Below are positions 17,516 through 27,309 of a stretch of 64,000 bases of DNA, piece after piece. A program made the translations under genes and the position numbers. The stretch spans positions 140,425-204,424 of the forward strand of contig CAVPTL010000009.1 in assembly GCA_963708725.1 (NCBI GenBank), read 5' to 3'. Under the pieces are notes generated by a model, which did not search any database, was not told the origin of the DNA, and saw only the letters and a program-made list of their open reading frames with translations. Every line of letters begins with the position of its first letter. The first letter of the stretch is position 1. Source of the DNA: an uncultured Actinomycetes bacterium (GTDB lineage: Bacteria; Actinomycetota; Thermoleophilia; Gaiellales; JAICJC01).

Positions 17516-18431
17516 GGCCGCGATCCGTCCGGGCCCCGGGGGTACCGTAAGGCCGTACGTGACCAATCTCCTTCGCACGGCGTCTTCGACATTGATCGTC
17601 CGCGCAGGGCAGCGGGCGATGAGTGACAACGTCGGTCAGGTCGCGCAGGCCATTGGGTACAACACCTTCCTGGCCATCCCCGCGGCGCTGCTGGTGGCGG
17701 TCGGTGCCTTCGGGGTGTTCGCCAATCCGGCGACGATCCACGACGTCCTGCGCAGCACCCAGGACGTGCTTCCCAGCGACGTGATCAACCTGCTCTCTGC
17801 CAGCCTCACGCAAATCACCAAGGCTCGGCAGGGCGGGCTGGTGATTCTGCTCGTCGGTGTGGTGCTCGGGGTGTGGTCGCTATCCGGATCGATGCAGACC
17901 CTGATGTGGGGGTTGAACGTCGCGTTTCAGCGCCAGGAGACGCGCGGTTTCGTGCGTCGCCGCCTGATCGCGCTGGCGATGGTCGGCTGCACCCTGGTCG
18001 CGTTTGCGATCGTGTTCGTGCTGTTCGTGCTCGCTCCGCGGCTTTCGCATTGGGCCGGGGAGCATCTCGGCTACGAGCGCTCTCCCAGCACGCTTTGGAC
18101 GGTGATCCAGTGGCCGGTGGTGATCATTGCGCTGCTGTTGGTGTTCGCCATGTTGATGCGGCTGGGGCCAGATCTGGATGAAGCGGGATTTCACCCGATC
18201 ACGATCGGTGGGGTGACGGCGGTTTTGGGGTGGCTGGTGCTTTCGGATGTGTTTGCGTACTTCACCAGCCGCTTTGGGTCATACAACAAGACGTGGGGGT
18301 CGCTGGCCGCGGTGATCGTCGTACTCGTGTGGCTGCGGCTATCGGCGTTGGTGTTGCTGTTCGGAGCCGAGCTGAATGCCGAGCGGGCTGCCGATCGGGC
18401 CCGTCGCGCCGAGTACGATGCGTCTCAATGA
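17502..18431 (+). CDS. YihY/BrkB-family inner-membrane protein
   Basis: 'AQAIGYNTFLAIPAAL', multiple TM segments and C-terminal 'VLVWLRLSALVLLFGAELNAE' are typical of YihY. Start uncertain (ATG 17502 overlapping the sigma gene end, GTG 17559 or ATG 17619). Confidence 0.7.
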   Translation: MGPAEAAIRPGPGGTVRPYVTNLLRTASSTLIVRAGQRAMSDNVGQVAQAIGYNTFLAIPAALLVAVGAFGVFANPATIHDVLRSTQDVLPSDVINLLSASLTQITKARQGGLVILLVGVVLGVWSLSGSMQTLMWGLNVAFQRQETRGFVRRRLIALAMVGCTLVAFAIVFVLFVLAPRLSHWAGEHLGYERSPSTLWTVIQWPVVIIALLLVFAMLMRLGPDLDEAGFHPITIGGVTAVLGWLVLSDVFAYFTSRFGSYNKTWGSLAAVIVVLVWLRLSALVLLFGAELNAERAADRARRAEYDASQ

Positions 18432-18760
18432 GTGATCCTGACATCCCGAGCTGGACTGAAAGCCATCGCGAGCAGCGGCTCGTGAAAAACGAGATGGCGT
18501 TTCGCGCCCACAACGAACGCCGCGCCGAGCTCGAGGAGGCGGGCGGTGTCGGTTCCGAGGAGGAAGTTCCGTTCGTGTGCGAATGTGGGAACCCCGATTG
18601 CACCGCGCCGATTGAGATCTCGATCGACGTGTACGAGCGCATCCACGAACGCGACGACCGCTTTGTTGTGAAGCGCGGACATGTGTCGCCCGACGTCGAG
18701 CGCGTCGTGGACGAGGCGGGGCGCTACCTCGTGGTCGAAAAGCTCGCGCTCGACCCCTGA
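18428..18760 (+). CDS. Hypothetical protein (110 aa) with 'CECGNPDC' cysteine motif
   Basis: ATG 18428 overlaps the YihY stop (ATGA), suggesting translational coupling. No family recognised. Confidence 0.55.
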   Translation: MSDPDIPSWTESHREQRLVKNEMAFRAHNERRAELEEAGGVGSEEEVPFVCECGNPDCTAPIEISIDVYERIHERDDRFVVKRGHVSPDVERVVDEAGRYLVVEKLALDP

Positions 18761-18762
18761 GG

Positions 18763-20022
18763 CTAGTGCTCAACCAGCGAGCGCCGCGGCTCGGGCTCGA
18801 TCTGCTGGATGTCCTCGAACTTGTCGATCGCTCGCAGCGCGGGAAACTTCCACGCCCAGATGCCGGCGACCGCGATCGACGCGATCCCGCCCAGGAGCAC
18901 TGCGGGCACGGCGCCGATCAGCGCCGCCGCGACGCCTGACTCAAACGCCCCCAGCTCGTTGGATGCACCGATGAACACGCGCTCGACCGCGCCGACGCGG
19001 CCACGTAGCGCCGGAGGGGTCAAAAGCGGCACGAGTGTGCCGCGGATCGACATCGAGATCACGTCGGCACCGGCCAGCGCGGCGAGTGCTGCCATCGATA
19101 ACGCGAAGTTCGTCGACAGGCCAAACACGATGGTGAACACCCCGAATACCGCGACCACGATCAGCAGCGTGCGGCCCACGCGACGCCTGAGCGGCCGGCC
19201 CGACAGCACCGTGCCCACGACGACTGCGCCGATTCCGGGGGCGGCGCGCAAAAGGCCGTTTCCAAGTGCGCCGACATGCAGGATCGTTTGCGAGAAGATC
19301 GGAAGAAGCGCGGTTGCTCCGCCGAACAGCACGGCCATCAGGTCGAGCGAGATCGCCCCGAGCAGGGCGGGGGTGGCGAAGATGAACCGCGCTCCGGCCA
19401 GTGCGTCGGAGAAGGTGGCCTTGTGATCCGACACATGGGCGCGGCCGATGGCTGCGGGTACGAGTAACACCATCACCACAGCCGCAGCGGCACACATCCC
19501 GGCGAAGATGTACGGAACCGGCGAGCCGATCACCTGGAGCAGCCCGGCCACCGCCGGGCCGGCGATCATCGCGGCCTGCATCACCGAGATCAGCACGGCC
19601 ACGGCCCGCGCGAACGATCGCTGCGAAACGCCGGCGGCCAGCAGCGGGGTGATCGCCGGTCCGGCGTAGGCGTTTCCGACGCCACTCAGAAACGCGAACA
19701 CGTACAGCGGCCATACCTTGGTATCGCCGGCAGCGGCGTCGAGGGCCAATCCCGCACACGTGAGTGTCACCACAGCCAGGCCGAGTGCGGCCACGCGCCG
19801 CCGGTCGTAGCGGTCGGCCACATGTCCGGCGGGAATCGCAAGTAACGCCGCGGGGATGAACTCGGCCAGACCCAGGAGGCCCAGCACGATCGGCTCGTGA
19901 ACGCGGGAGTAGGCCTGCCACCCCAATGCGGTTGCGGTCGCGCCGAACCCCAGCGTGGTCAGCAGCTCGACGCTGAGGAGCAGCCCGACCGTACGGTCAC
20001 GAAGCAACTCGCGCAACGACAT
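18763..20022 (-). CDS. MFS transporter
   Basis: About 12 hydrophobic segments. 'GHVADRYDRRRV' MFS loop 2-3 motif. ATG 20022 is 22 nt downstream of the amine oxidase 2 stop. Confidence 0.8.
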   Translation of the reverse strand: MSLRELLRDRTVGLLLSVELLTTLGFGATATALGWQAYSRVHEPIVLGLLGLAEFIPAALLAIPAGHVADRYDRRRVAALGLAVVTLTCAGLALDAAAGDTKVWPLYVFAFLSGVGNAYAGPAITPLLAAGVSQRSFARAVAVLISVMQAAMIAGPAVAGLLQVIGSPVPYIFAGMCAAAAVVMVLLVPAAIGRAHVSDHKATFSDALAGARFIFATPALLGAISLDLMAVLFGGATALLPIFSQTILHVGALGNGLLRAAPGIGAVVVGTVLSGRPLRRRVGRTLLIVVAVFGVFTIVFGLSTNFALSMAALAALAGADVISMSIRGTLVPLLTPPALRGRVGAVERVFIGASNELGAFESGVAAALIGAVPAVLLGGIASIAVAGIWAWKFPALRAIDKFEDIQQIEPEPRRSLVEH

Positions 20023-20044
20023 GCTCTCGCTCACCTCGGCGCCT

Positions 20045-21931
20045 TCAGGAGCGGCAGTGAGGTGTGGGTGCGACGTCGAGCGCGGGGTTCCGGTCAAAGA
20101 ACCCGAACGGTTTGAGCCAGAACGACACAGTGTCGACCGGCATCACCGGCCAGTCCTCGACGCGGGTGATGTGGTGGATGCCGAACACGTACCAAAGCAC
20201 CACGTCGGCGTTCTCGAGCGGGCGGTTGGCCGCCATCCACACCGGCAGGCCGGTGTCATCGAGACTCTGGGTGGGATAGTCGCCGCAGGGCCAGCGCTCG
20301 GCATCGTCGTGGGCGGTGACCCACAGCTGATGGCCGATCACGTTGGCGCGTCGCCGCACCGGGGTGTCGGGCCCAAGCAGCGGCGGGACCGATGCGGTCG
20401 GAACGAGCTTGTAGGCAACGGGGGAGCCGTGGGCGTTCAGGCGGCTGGGGTTGGCGACCTTCCAGCCGCGTTGGGTGTTCCAGTCGTAGTCTCGGACGCC
20501 CTCGGACTCGCTGGTGAGCGGCGTCGCGACGGTGGTCACGCCGAGGCCCGACGGGTTCTGCGGGCCGATCGGACTCGCGGCCGAATCGACCTCGTACACC
20601 GTGTTCTCGGCGCCGTCGACGTCGAGGTCGAGCCGCGCGACGATGAAGTGCTGGTGAAACGGGGCATAGGTGTGCTCGTCCACCACCGTGCCGTATGGAG
20701 GTGCGTGCTCCGCGAAGCCGGTGGTCACCATCAGGCCGGTGGCGCGCACTTCACACTCGATGTTTCCGTCTTCGTGGAAGCGCCAGTAGACGAGGTACTC
20801 GTAGTTGGCCACGGTGACGTGGAACGACACCACCAGCCGGCGCATGCGGCGCACCTCACTACCGGTGACGGGATCGACGTGCTTCCACAGGATGGCGTTG
20901 TCCTCCTCGTGGATGCAGATCGCCTGCGGGATCGGGATCGGCGTGCCGTGAGAGTCGTGGACGACCTCGTCGAGATAGGTGATCTCGCCCAGGCAGTCGC
21001 AGCCGAGCGCGAGCGAGGTGGTCATGAAGCCCATGCCCCACTCACCGATGTCAAACGCGGTGCGGCGATAGTGGTCGGGGGTCGGGTCGCGGTAGGGCAC
21101 GACCATCTCGGCGAACGACATACGGTGGGCGATCGGCCGGGTCACGCCGTCCTGCTCGTAGCCGACGCGGTGCAGCACGAGGCCCTCGCGTGGGGTGAAC
21201 CCGATCCGCATCGTCCAGCGCTGCCATCGCAGCAGGCGGCCATCAAGCGTGAACGATGCACCCTCGGGCTGGGTGATCTCGAGCGGCTTCAGGTCGGTTC
21301 GAACACGCAGGTCGGGGATGTGGCGAGGCGCGTACTCGCCCATCACCTGGGGCTGCGGAATCGCGCCGGAGTCGTCGATCTCCAGGAGCTCCATCGAGTT
21401 GGTGTCGACCACGCAATGCAACCCCGACACCAGGTGGGCGTAGGGGTTGGTGTCGGGAGCGGTGCGTACCCAGGCGTCGGTCCAGCCGACTCGCCGGCCG
21501 TGGTAGCGCTCGGGTACGAGCGCGTCGCCGTAGGCCCAGGTGTCGAACAGGACGAGGCTGGGATCGTCGATGCCGCGTTTGGCCAGCGCCGCCACCACGT
21601 CGGGATGGGCGCGAAGCATCTCGTCGACCTCGTGGTACTCGTCGGTGGTGAAGTTTGGCTGCACCCCCGGGCGATGATCGCAGCGGGTGACTGCGTCGGC
21701 GCCGAGGTCGACGACCGCCTCGTAGGCCGCGCCGTCGGCTCGGTTCCAGAAGGTCACGAGCGCTTCGCGCGCGAGTGGCGAGCGTTCGTCCCAGGTGAGC
21801 ATCGCCGCCTTGGGAGGCTCGACCAGCGTGATCGTCCCGAACCGCCACCCGGCGTCGACGCCGCGGTCGCGTTCGAGGATTGCCACCACCGCCGAGATCT
21901 CAGAGGCGGTGAGCGGGTCGAGAGGATGCAT
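20045..21931 (-). CDS. Copper amine oxidase, paralogue 2
   Basis: 'VANYEYLVYWRFHEDGNIE' (TPQ site), 'APFHQHFIVARLD', 'MHPLDPLTASE'. ATG 21931 overlaps the upstream stop by 1 nt (TGATG). Confidence 0.9.
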   Translation of the reverse strand: MHPLDPLTASEISAVVAILERDRGVDAGWRFGTITLVEPPKAAMLTWDERSPLAREALVTFWNRADGAAYEAVVDLGADAVTRCDHRPGVQPNFTTDEYHEVDEMLRAHPDVVAALAKRGIDDPSLVLFDTWAYGDALVPERYHGRRVGWTDAWVRTAPDTNPYAHLVSGLHCVVDTNSMELLEIDDSGAIPQPQVMGEYAPRHIPDLRVRTDLKPLEITQPEGASFTLDGRLLRWQRWTMRIGFTPREGLVLHRVGYEQDGVTRPIAHRMSFAEMVVPYRDPTPDHYRRTAFDIGEWGMGFMTTSLALGCDCLGEITYLDEVVHDSHGTPIPIPQAICIHEEDNAILWKHVDPVTGSEVRRMRRLVVSFHVTVANYEYLVYWRFHEDGNIECEVRATGLMVTTGFAEHAPPYGTVVDEHTYAPFHQHFIVARLDLDVDGAENTVYEVDSAASPIGPQNPSGLGVTTVATPLTSESEGVRDYDWNTQRGWKVANPSRLNAHGSPVAYKLVPTASVPPLLGPDTPVRRRANVIGHQLWVTAHDDAERWPCGDYPTQSLDDTGLPVWMAANRPLENADVVLWYVFGIHHITRVEDWPVMPVDTVSFWLKPFGFFDRNPALDVAPTPHCRS

Positions 21932-22824
21932 CAGGACGCAGCGACGGTGACGAGCGTGCCGTAGGTCATCAGCTGGTACGCCTTGGCAGCGTCTCCGAAC
22001 GACAACTCCACGCACCCCAGGCTCTGAGGTGAGCCGTACGACGGCCGCGGGAACCCGTGTACCGCGTCACCGCCGTTGAAGTAGCTCACCCACGGCACGC
22101 CGGGATCGTTGTAGTGGGTTCCGTCGGGGTTCGTCCCCTGCATCGTCGTCGACGTGTAGCGCAGATAGACGGGGAAGGTGCCGAGCGCCGTGGGGGCCTC
22201 GGCGATACCGGTATTGGCCGGCGCCTGGAACACGACGTGCGACTTCTGGTAGATCGTGATCGTCTCGGGCAGCGACTCGCGCACGAGCACGTAGGTGTAG
22301 GGCCGCGGCGCGTGGTGGGGCTTGGTCGAGAGCAGCTTCTTCCACACGCGCGCGCCGGCGATGCCGTCGGGGGTCATGCCATTGTCGGACTCAAACGACA
22401 TCACAGCGGCCCTGGTGGCCACCCCGTACACGCGCGGCTCGAACTGCTCGCGCAAGCCGGGCGGCGGGTCGAATGTCCACCGGAAGATGCCGCGGCGCGG
22501 GGCAAATACATACATCGGCTGGGTGCCGACGGTGTGAAACTTGACCGGGAGGTAGCCGGCGTGTGCGAGCAGCTGCTGGAGCCGCAAGACCATCTTCCCG
22601 TGCGAATCGGGAAGCGTGTTGGGGTACACCATGCGCGGGTGTCCGAAGGGATTCTCCGGAGTCGGCTTCGGGCTTCGGTAGTGGTGAGCGGTCGCGTACA
22701 GCGGGTGGTGGCGTACCGGAGTGGTGGCGCTCGCCTGTGAGTCGCGCACCATCCATGCGGCGGCGCCGCCTGCTGCAAGCAGCGCAATCACAAACGTTCC
22801 GATAACGAGCCACCGACGTCTCAT
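21931..22824 (-). CDS. L,D-transpeptidase (YkuD) with peptidoglycan-binding-like domain
   Basis: 'VHGFPRPSYGSPQSLGCVEL' YkuD catalytic His/Cys motif. N-terminal TM/signal 'MRRRWLVIGTFVIALLAAGGAAAW'. Confidence 0.8.
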   Translation of the reverse strand: MRRRWLVIGTFVIALLAAGGAAAWMVRDSQASATTPVRHHPLYATAHHYRSPKPTPENPFGHPRMVYPNTLPDSHGKMVLRLQQLLAHAGYLPVKFHTVGTQPMYVFAPRRGIFRWTFDPPPGLREQFEPRVYGVATRAAVMSFESDNGMTPDGIAGARVWKKLLSTKPHHAPRPYTYVLVRESLPETITIYQKSHVVFQAPANTGIAEAPTALGTFPVYLRYTSTTMQGTNPDGTHYNDPGVPWVSYFNGGDAVHGFPRPSYGSPQSLGCVELSFGDAAKAYQLMTYGTLVTVAAS

Positions 22825-22913
22825 ACGGACCGAGTGTAGCGTTCGCGGCCTCTCGCACAAAGCCTTGTCGGGGATTGACGCGTGCGGGCAGCGCCGCTGG
22901 CATCCTGCGAGGC

Positions 22914-24107
22914 ATGCGGCGACTCGCAGCGGGCCTCATCTATCTGGCGATTTTCGCGGGCGAGGTGCTGTGGAACGGGTTCGTGCCGCTGGTGCCGGAG
23001 CTGTCCCAGCGCTACGACCTGTCCAAGCTCCAGGCGGGCGTCCTTCTGTCCACCACCAGCGCCACCATATTGCTGGTGTCGTTGCCCGCCGCGGCGGTGT
23101 GCGAACGGGTCGGACCACGGCGGATGACCGTGGTGGCCACGGCCGTGATCGCAGTGTCGTCACTGCTCCAGGGAATCGCCGGCAACTACGCCGAGCTGAT
23201 CGGGGCGAGGGCGCTGTTTGGGATCGGCTTTGGGGTGCTGTGGATCACCGGTCTGCGCTGGCTTACCGAGATCGCCGGCGCACGTGAGTCGCAGGCGCTG
23301 TCGCTCACGGTGACCACAGCCGGGCTGTCGGCCGTCGTCGGCCCCGCACTTACCGGGGTGGCGGTGACGCAGTTCGGAATGGCCCCGCTGTTCATCGTGA
23401 TCGCGATCGTGAACGCCGGGCTGGCCCTCGCGATGTGGTGGGAGCCCACCGGCACAGGCAAGGCGACCGGCCACGAGCAGCCGCTTACCGAGATGCTGCG
23501 GATGGCCTCGCGCAATCGGCTGGTGCTCGTCAGCCTGGTCTTGATGATGACGGCTGGGCTGATGGGAGCCGTTGTCAACCTGCTGGTTCCGTTGCAGCTG
23601 CATGCAAACGGCGTCTCGACGGCGGATATCGGCGCGGCCTTCGGGCTGGCCGCCGCCGTCTTCATCGTCACCAGCGCGTTGGTTGCTCGCGCAGCTGATC
23701 GAGCGGTGCGCGTCCGCATGGCGGTTCTTGCACTCATGCTTTCGGCGGTCAGCCTCACGATTCCGATCGCCAGCGAGACAACGGGTGCGCTGGTCGGCTT
23801 CCTGTTTGCGCGGGCGCCGATGACGGCGTTTCTGTTCACCATCGCGTTCCCGTTGGGCGCGATCGGCGCCCGCCGGGCGGGGATCACGGTCGGCGCCGTG
23901 GCCGCCTTGATCAACATCGCCTGGTCGATCTCGATGCTGGCTGGTCCCGTGGTCTTCGCGGCGATTGCACAGGCGGCCGGCGATCGCGCGGCATACGCGG
24001 TGTTGATGGCGGTGTTTGGCTGCGCGATCCTGTGGATCGTGCAGCCGTGGCGACGGCCGGCTGCGGTGGCCGCCCTGGGTGCGCCTTCCGACACCCGGCC
24101 TAGGTAG
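22914..24107 (+). CDS. MFS transporter
   Basis: 12 hydrophobic segments and 'CERVGPRRM' loop motif. ATG 22914 (track start TTG 22875). Confidence 0.75.
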   Translation: MRRLAAGLIYLAIFAGEVLWNGFVPLVPELSQRYDLSKLQAGVLLSTTSATILLVSLPAAAVCERVGPRRMTVVATAVIAVSSLLQGIAGNYAELIGARALFGIGFGVLWITGLRWLTEIAGARESQALSLTVTTAGLSAVVGPALTGVAVTQFGMAPLFIVIAIVNAGLALAMWWEPTGTGKATGHEQPLTEMLRMASRNRLVLVSLVLMMTAGLMGAVVNLLVPLQLHANGVSTADIGAAFGLAAAVFIVTSALVARAADRAVRVRMAVLALMLSAVSLTIPIASETTGALVGFLFARAPMTAFLFTIAFPLGAIGARRAGITVGAVAALINIAWSISMLAGPVVFAAIAQAAGDRAAYAVLMAVFGCAILWIVQPWRRPAAVAALGAPSDTRPR

Positions 24108-24119
24108 GGTGTGCCGCGC

Positions 24120-25340
24120 ATGAGCACTGTCGATCCCGCCCCCACCGCCCGCGAGCTGGGCCTGATGCACGGGACGCCGCCGGTGGGAGACTCACTGGTG
24201 ACGCTGGCCAACTGGCAGGAACCTCCGTTCAACCGGTGGGCCTTCCAGCATCTGCGTGAACTCATCCCCAACTCCCGCATCGCCCGCGCGGCTACTCCAC
24301 GCGAGCTTCCGCGCGACCACCAGGACCTCGGCGAGATCGAGTTCACCGTTGGCGAGGAGACGCACACGGTGCAGGAGATGCTGGATGCCACCTATACCGA
24401 CGGGTTTCTGGTGCTCCACCGCGGCCGGATCGTGACCGAGCGCTACTTCAACGGACTCAGCCCCGATCGCACCCATCTGATCATGTCGGTGACAAAGTCG
24501 GTGGTCGCCACCGTCGCGGGGATCCTCGCCGAGCGGGGCGAGCTCGATACCGAGGGGCCGATCACGGCGGTGATCCCCGAGCTCGAAGGCACCTCGTGGG
24601 ACGGCGCCACGGTGCGACACCTGCTGGACATGCGCGCCGGCACGAAGTTCAACGAGGACTACGCCGATCTCGACGCCGACGTGCGGCTGTTCGAGCAGGT
24701 CTACCTGTGGCGGCCTCGCACAGATGACTCGCTCCCCGAAGATGCCTGCACGTACATGGCGGGCCTCGAGAACGACCGCCCGCATGGCGGGCCGTTTGAC
24801 TACCGCTCGATCCTGACCAGCATGCTTGGCTGGGTGGTCGAACGCGCCGGCGGTGCGCGTCTGGCCGATCTGATCGCCACCGAGGTGTGGCAGCCGATCG
24901 GTGCCGAGTTCGACGCCGAGATCACGGTCGACGGCCACGGCACGGCGATGGCCGACGGCGGGATGTGCGCAACGCTTCGCGATCTCGCCCGGTTCGGCGA
25001 GCTCTGGCTTCGTCAGGGCAAGCTGGACGGCCGGCGGATCGTCCCCGAGGAGTGGGTCGCCGACACCCTCGCCGGCGGTAAGGACAGTCGCGAGGCCTAT
25101 CGGCCGTCGGCGAAGTCGGATGAGTCGCCCAACGCCTTTTACCGCAATAAGTGGTGGATGCTCGACTCCGAGCGGCCGCGGTTTGCCGCGATCGGGATCA
25201 ATGGTCAGAAGATCTGGATCGATCTGCCCACAGAGACCGTGGTGGTCAAGCTCTCAACCTACCCAACCGCGCTTGACGACCATCTCGAGGGACTGACGTA
25301 TGCCGCTTCGGCGGCGATCGCGCGCGCGCTCAATGGCTAA
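24120..25340 (+). CDS. Serine hydrolase (beta-lactamase/class C-like family)
   Basis: S-x-x-K motif 'MSVTKSVVATVAGIL' in a ~400-aa protein typical of the beta-lactamase-related serine hydrolases. Alternative GTG start at 24111. Confidence 0.7.
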   Translation: MSTVDPAPTARELGLMHGTPPVGDSLVTLANWQEPPFNRWAFQHLRELIPNSRIARAATPRELPRDHQDLGEIEFTVGEETHTVQEMLDATYTDGFLVLHRGRIVTERYFNGLSPDRTHLIMSVTKSVVATVAGILAERGELDTEGPITAVIPELEGTSWDGATVRHLLDMRAGTKFNEDYADLDADVRLFEQVYLWRPRTDDSLPEDACTYMAGLENDRPHGGPFDYRSILTSMLGWVVERAGGARLADLIATEVWQPIGAEFDAEITVDGHGTAMADGGMCATLRDLARFGELWLRQGKLDGRRIVPEEWVADTLAGGKDSREAYRPSAKSDESPNAFYRNKWWMLDSERPRFAAIGINGQKIWIDLPTETVVVKLSTYPTALDDHLEGLTYAASAAIARALNG

Positions 25341-25349
25341 TCTGCGGGC

Positions 25350-26483
25350 ATGACTGTTGCCCTGGGCCACACCGCGCTGGGTTCGTGGAGCGGTGGCCGT
25401 TTCATGCACTTCGGCGAGCCGTTGTCCGACGATCGGCTGGTCGCACTGCTGCGACCGGACGACCGCATCTCGACCGTGATCACGTCAGACGTGTACGGCC
25501 AGGGTGATGCCGATCGGATGGTGGGTCGTGCGCTCGCCGGGCTTCCGCGTGAGAGCTACCGGCTGGTGGGGATGGTGGGTCACGACTTCTACGATGGCGA
25601 GCGGGCGGGCGCCAAGGGCTACCCGCGGTTTACCGACGCCGCCCTGCGCGGCCCCGACGGCTATGCCGAGTACCTTCGTACCGCCACCGAGCGGAGTCTC
25701 GAGCGCTGTGGCGTCGACCATTTCGACGTGCTCATGCTGCACAACCCCGATCGGGTCGGATACACGTCGCCGGTGGTGTGGGAAGCGATGGCGGCACTCC
25801 GCTCGACCGGGCTCGCGCTCGCAATTGGCGTGGCGCCGGGGCCGGCAAACGGGTTCACACTCGACGTGATCGATTGCGTCGAGCGCTTCGGCGACACGAT
25901 CGACTGGGCGATGCTGATCCTGAATCCGCTGGAGCCGTGGCCGGGCAGCCTGGCGCTTCCGGCGTGCGTTCGAAACGACGTGCAGGTGATCGCTCGGGTG
26001 GTCGACTACGGCGGCCTCTTCCACGACGACCTGCGAAGCGAGGAGGGACTGGGAGAGCGCGACCACCGCGCCTTCCGGCCGGCGGGCTGGGTGGGCAGGG
26101 CGCGGACAAAGCTCGACCGCCTGCGGCCGGTCGCTGCGGCCCATGATTTGACGCTGCTCCAGCTCGCCTGCGCGTGGACGCTGGCCCAGCCCGCTGTCGC
26201 GACCGCGGCACCGACGTTGATCCAGGAGTCCGGCGCCGACGCCCGCCCGATCGAGGCCCAGCGCGAAGAGCTGGCCGATGCGCCAACAGGGGAGATCCTG
26301 AGCCAGCAGGAGCTCGTCCAGATCTCCGAGATCGGCGACAACACCGGGTCGATGGCGCTCAAGGGCGGATCGCCGAGCTTCGAAGGCGACGAGCGGCCGG
26401 ACGCCTGGCCGCTGACCGACGACCTGCGCCAGACCGCCGCCCGCTGGGGTCTCGACCCCGAACGCGACCTCACCCTCGCATGA
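25350..26483 (+). CDS. Aldo/keto reductase family oxidoreductase
   Basis: 'VITSDVYGQGDADRMVGRAL', 'HFDVLMLHNPD', 'TLLQLACAWTLAQP' are AKR patterns. Confidence 0.75.
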   Translation: MTVALGHTALGSWSGGRFMHFGEPLSDDRLVALLRPDDRISTVITSDVYGQGDADRMVGRALAGLPRESYRLVGMVGHDFYDGERAGAKGYPRFTDAALRGPDGYAEYLRTATERSLERCGVDHFDVLMLHNPDRVGYTSPVVWEAMAALRSTGLALAIGVAPGPANGFTLDVIDCVERFGDTIDWAMLILNPLEPWPGSLALPACVRNDVQVIARVVDYGGLFHDDLRSEEGLGERDHRAFRPAGWVGRARTKLDRLRPVAAAHDLTLLQLACAWTLAQPAVATAAPTLIQESGADARPIEAQREELADAPTGEILSQQELVQISEIGDNTGSMALKGGSPSFEGDERPDAWPLTDDLRQTAARWGLDPERDLTLA

Positions 26484-26509
26484 ATAACGGTGCCAGGCAC
26501 CGTTATTCA
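26481..26509. repeat. Perfect 29-nt palindrome, copy 2 (variant) of the family
   Basis: TGAATAACGGTGCC-A-GGCACCGTTATTCA. The first three nt are the AKR stop codon. Relative to copies 1 and 3, AT->C in the left arm is mirrored by AT->G in the right arm. Confidence 0.9.
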
Positions 26510-26529
26510 CACGCATCAATCTCGCGTGC

Positions 26530-27309
26530 ATGCTGAACTTCGAGCTTTCACCCGGCGACGGTCCCGAGCTGGCGCTGATCCACGCCGGCATCTGCGATTC
26601 GCGCATGTGGGATGAGCATTGGCCGACGCTCGGTGAGCGCTACCGCACGCTGCGGTATGACATGGCCGGGTTCGGCAACTCGCCGCTGCCTGACGAAAGC
26701 TTCTCCAACACCATCGACCTGGCCGAGATCCTGGCCTACGCCGGATTCGGTGAGACCGTCCTGGTGGGTGCCTCGATGGGGGCCAAGGTCGCGGTCGATG
26801 CGGCACTTGCGTTCCCCGATCGGATCGCGGGCCTGGTGCTCGTCGGCCCCGCTGTGGCCGGCCACGACTGGTCGCTCGAGGCGCAGGCCTATGACGAGCT
26901 CGAGGAGACGGCGCTCGACCGTGGCGACCTCGATGCGGCCGCGGCCATCAACGTCGCCTACTGGGTCGACGGCCCGCAGCGCACTCCCCCCGAGGTCGAT
27001 GCCGATCTGCGCCGACGCGTCCACGCGATGCAGCGGCGGGCCTTCGAACTCCAGATCGAGGCCGCGGACGGACTCGAGGAGACGCCGCTGGTGCCCGACG
27101 CCGCCGACCATCTCTCAGAGATCAGCTGTCCGGCACTGGTCATCGTCGGGTCGATCGACCGCGTGGACATCCTGGAGATGGCCGATCAGCTGGCCGCCGG
27201 CATCCCACACGCACGGCGGGCGACCATCGAGGGCACGGCACACCTGCCAAGCATGGAGCGCCCCGAGGAGTTCGACGAGCTGGTCGAGGGGTTCGTGGAC
27301 TCGCTCTAG
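26530..27309 (+). CDS. Alpha/beta hydrolase
   Basis: 'LALIHAG' then nucleophile elbow 'GASMGAKVA' and C-terminal 'GTAHLPSMERPEEF' (His). Confidence 0.8.
   Translation: MLNFELSPGDGPELALIHAGICDSRMWDEHWPTLGERYRTLRYDMAGFGNSPLPDESFSNTIDLAEILAYAGFGETVLVGASMGAKVAVDAALAFPDRIAGLVLVGPAVAGHDWSLEAQAYDELEETALDRGDLDAAAAINVAYWVDGPQRTPPEVDADLRRRVHAMQRRAFELQIEAADGLEETPLVPDAADHLSEISCPALVIVGSIDRVDILEMADQLAAGIPHARRATIEGTAHLPSMERPEEFDELVEGFVDSL

Noticed and set aside
19955-21964. Very long antisense or out-of-frame ORFs in the track. Examples: 19955..21964 (669 aa), 61930..63687 (585 aa), 1717..2589, 25485..26606, 43162..44346, and the 5' parts of 55487..57025, 17013..18431, 47912..49285 and 48721..52605.
   Set aside because: They are Arg/Pro/Gly/Ala-rich shadow ORFs. 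These are expected on the opposite strand or in shifted frames of high-GC genes. Each overlaps a gene with clear family motifs and carries none itself.
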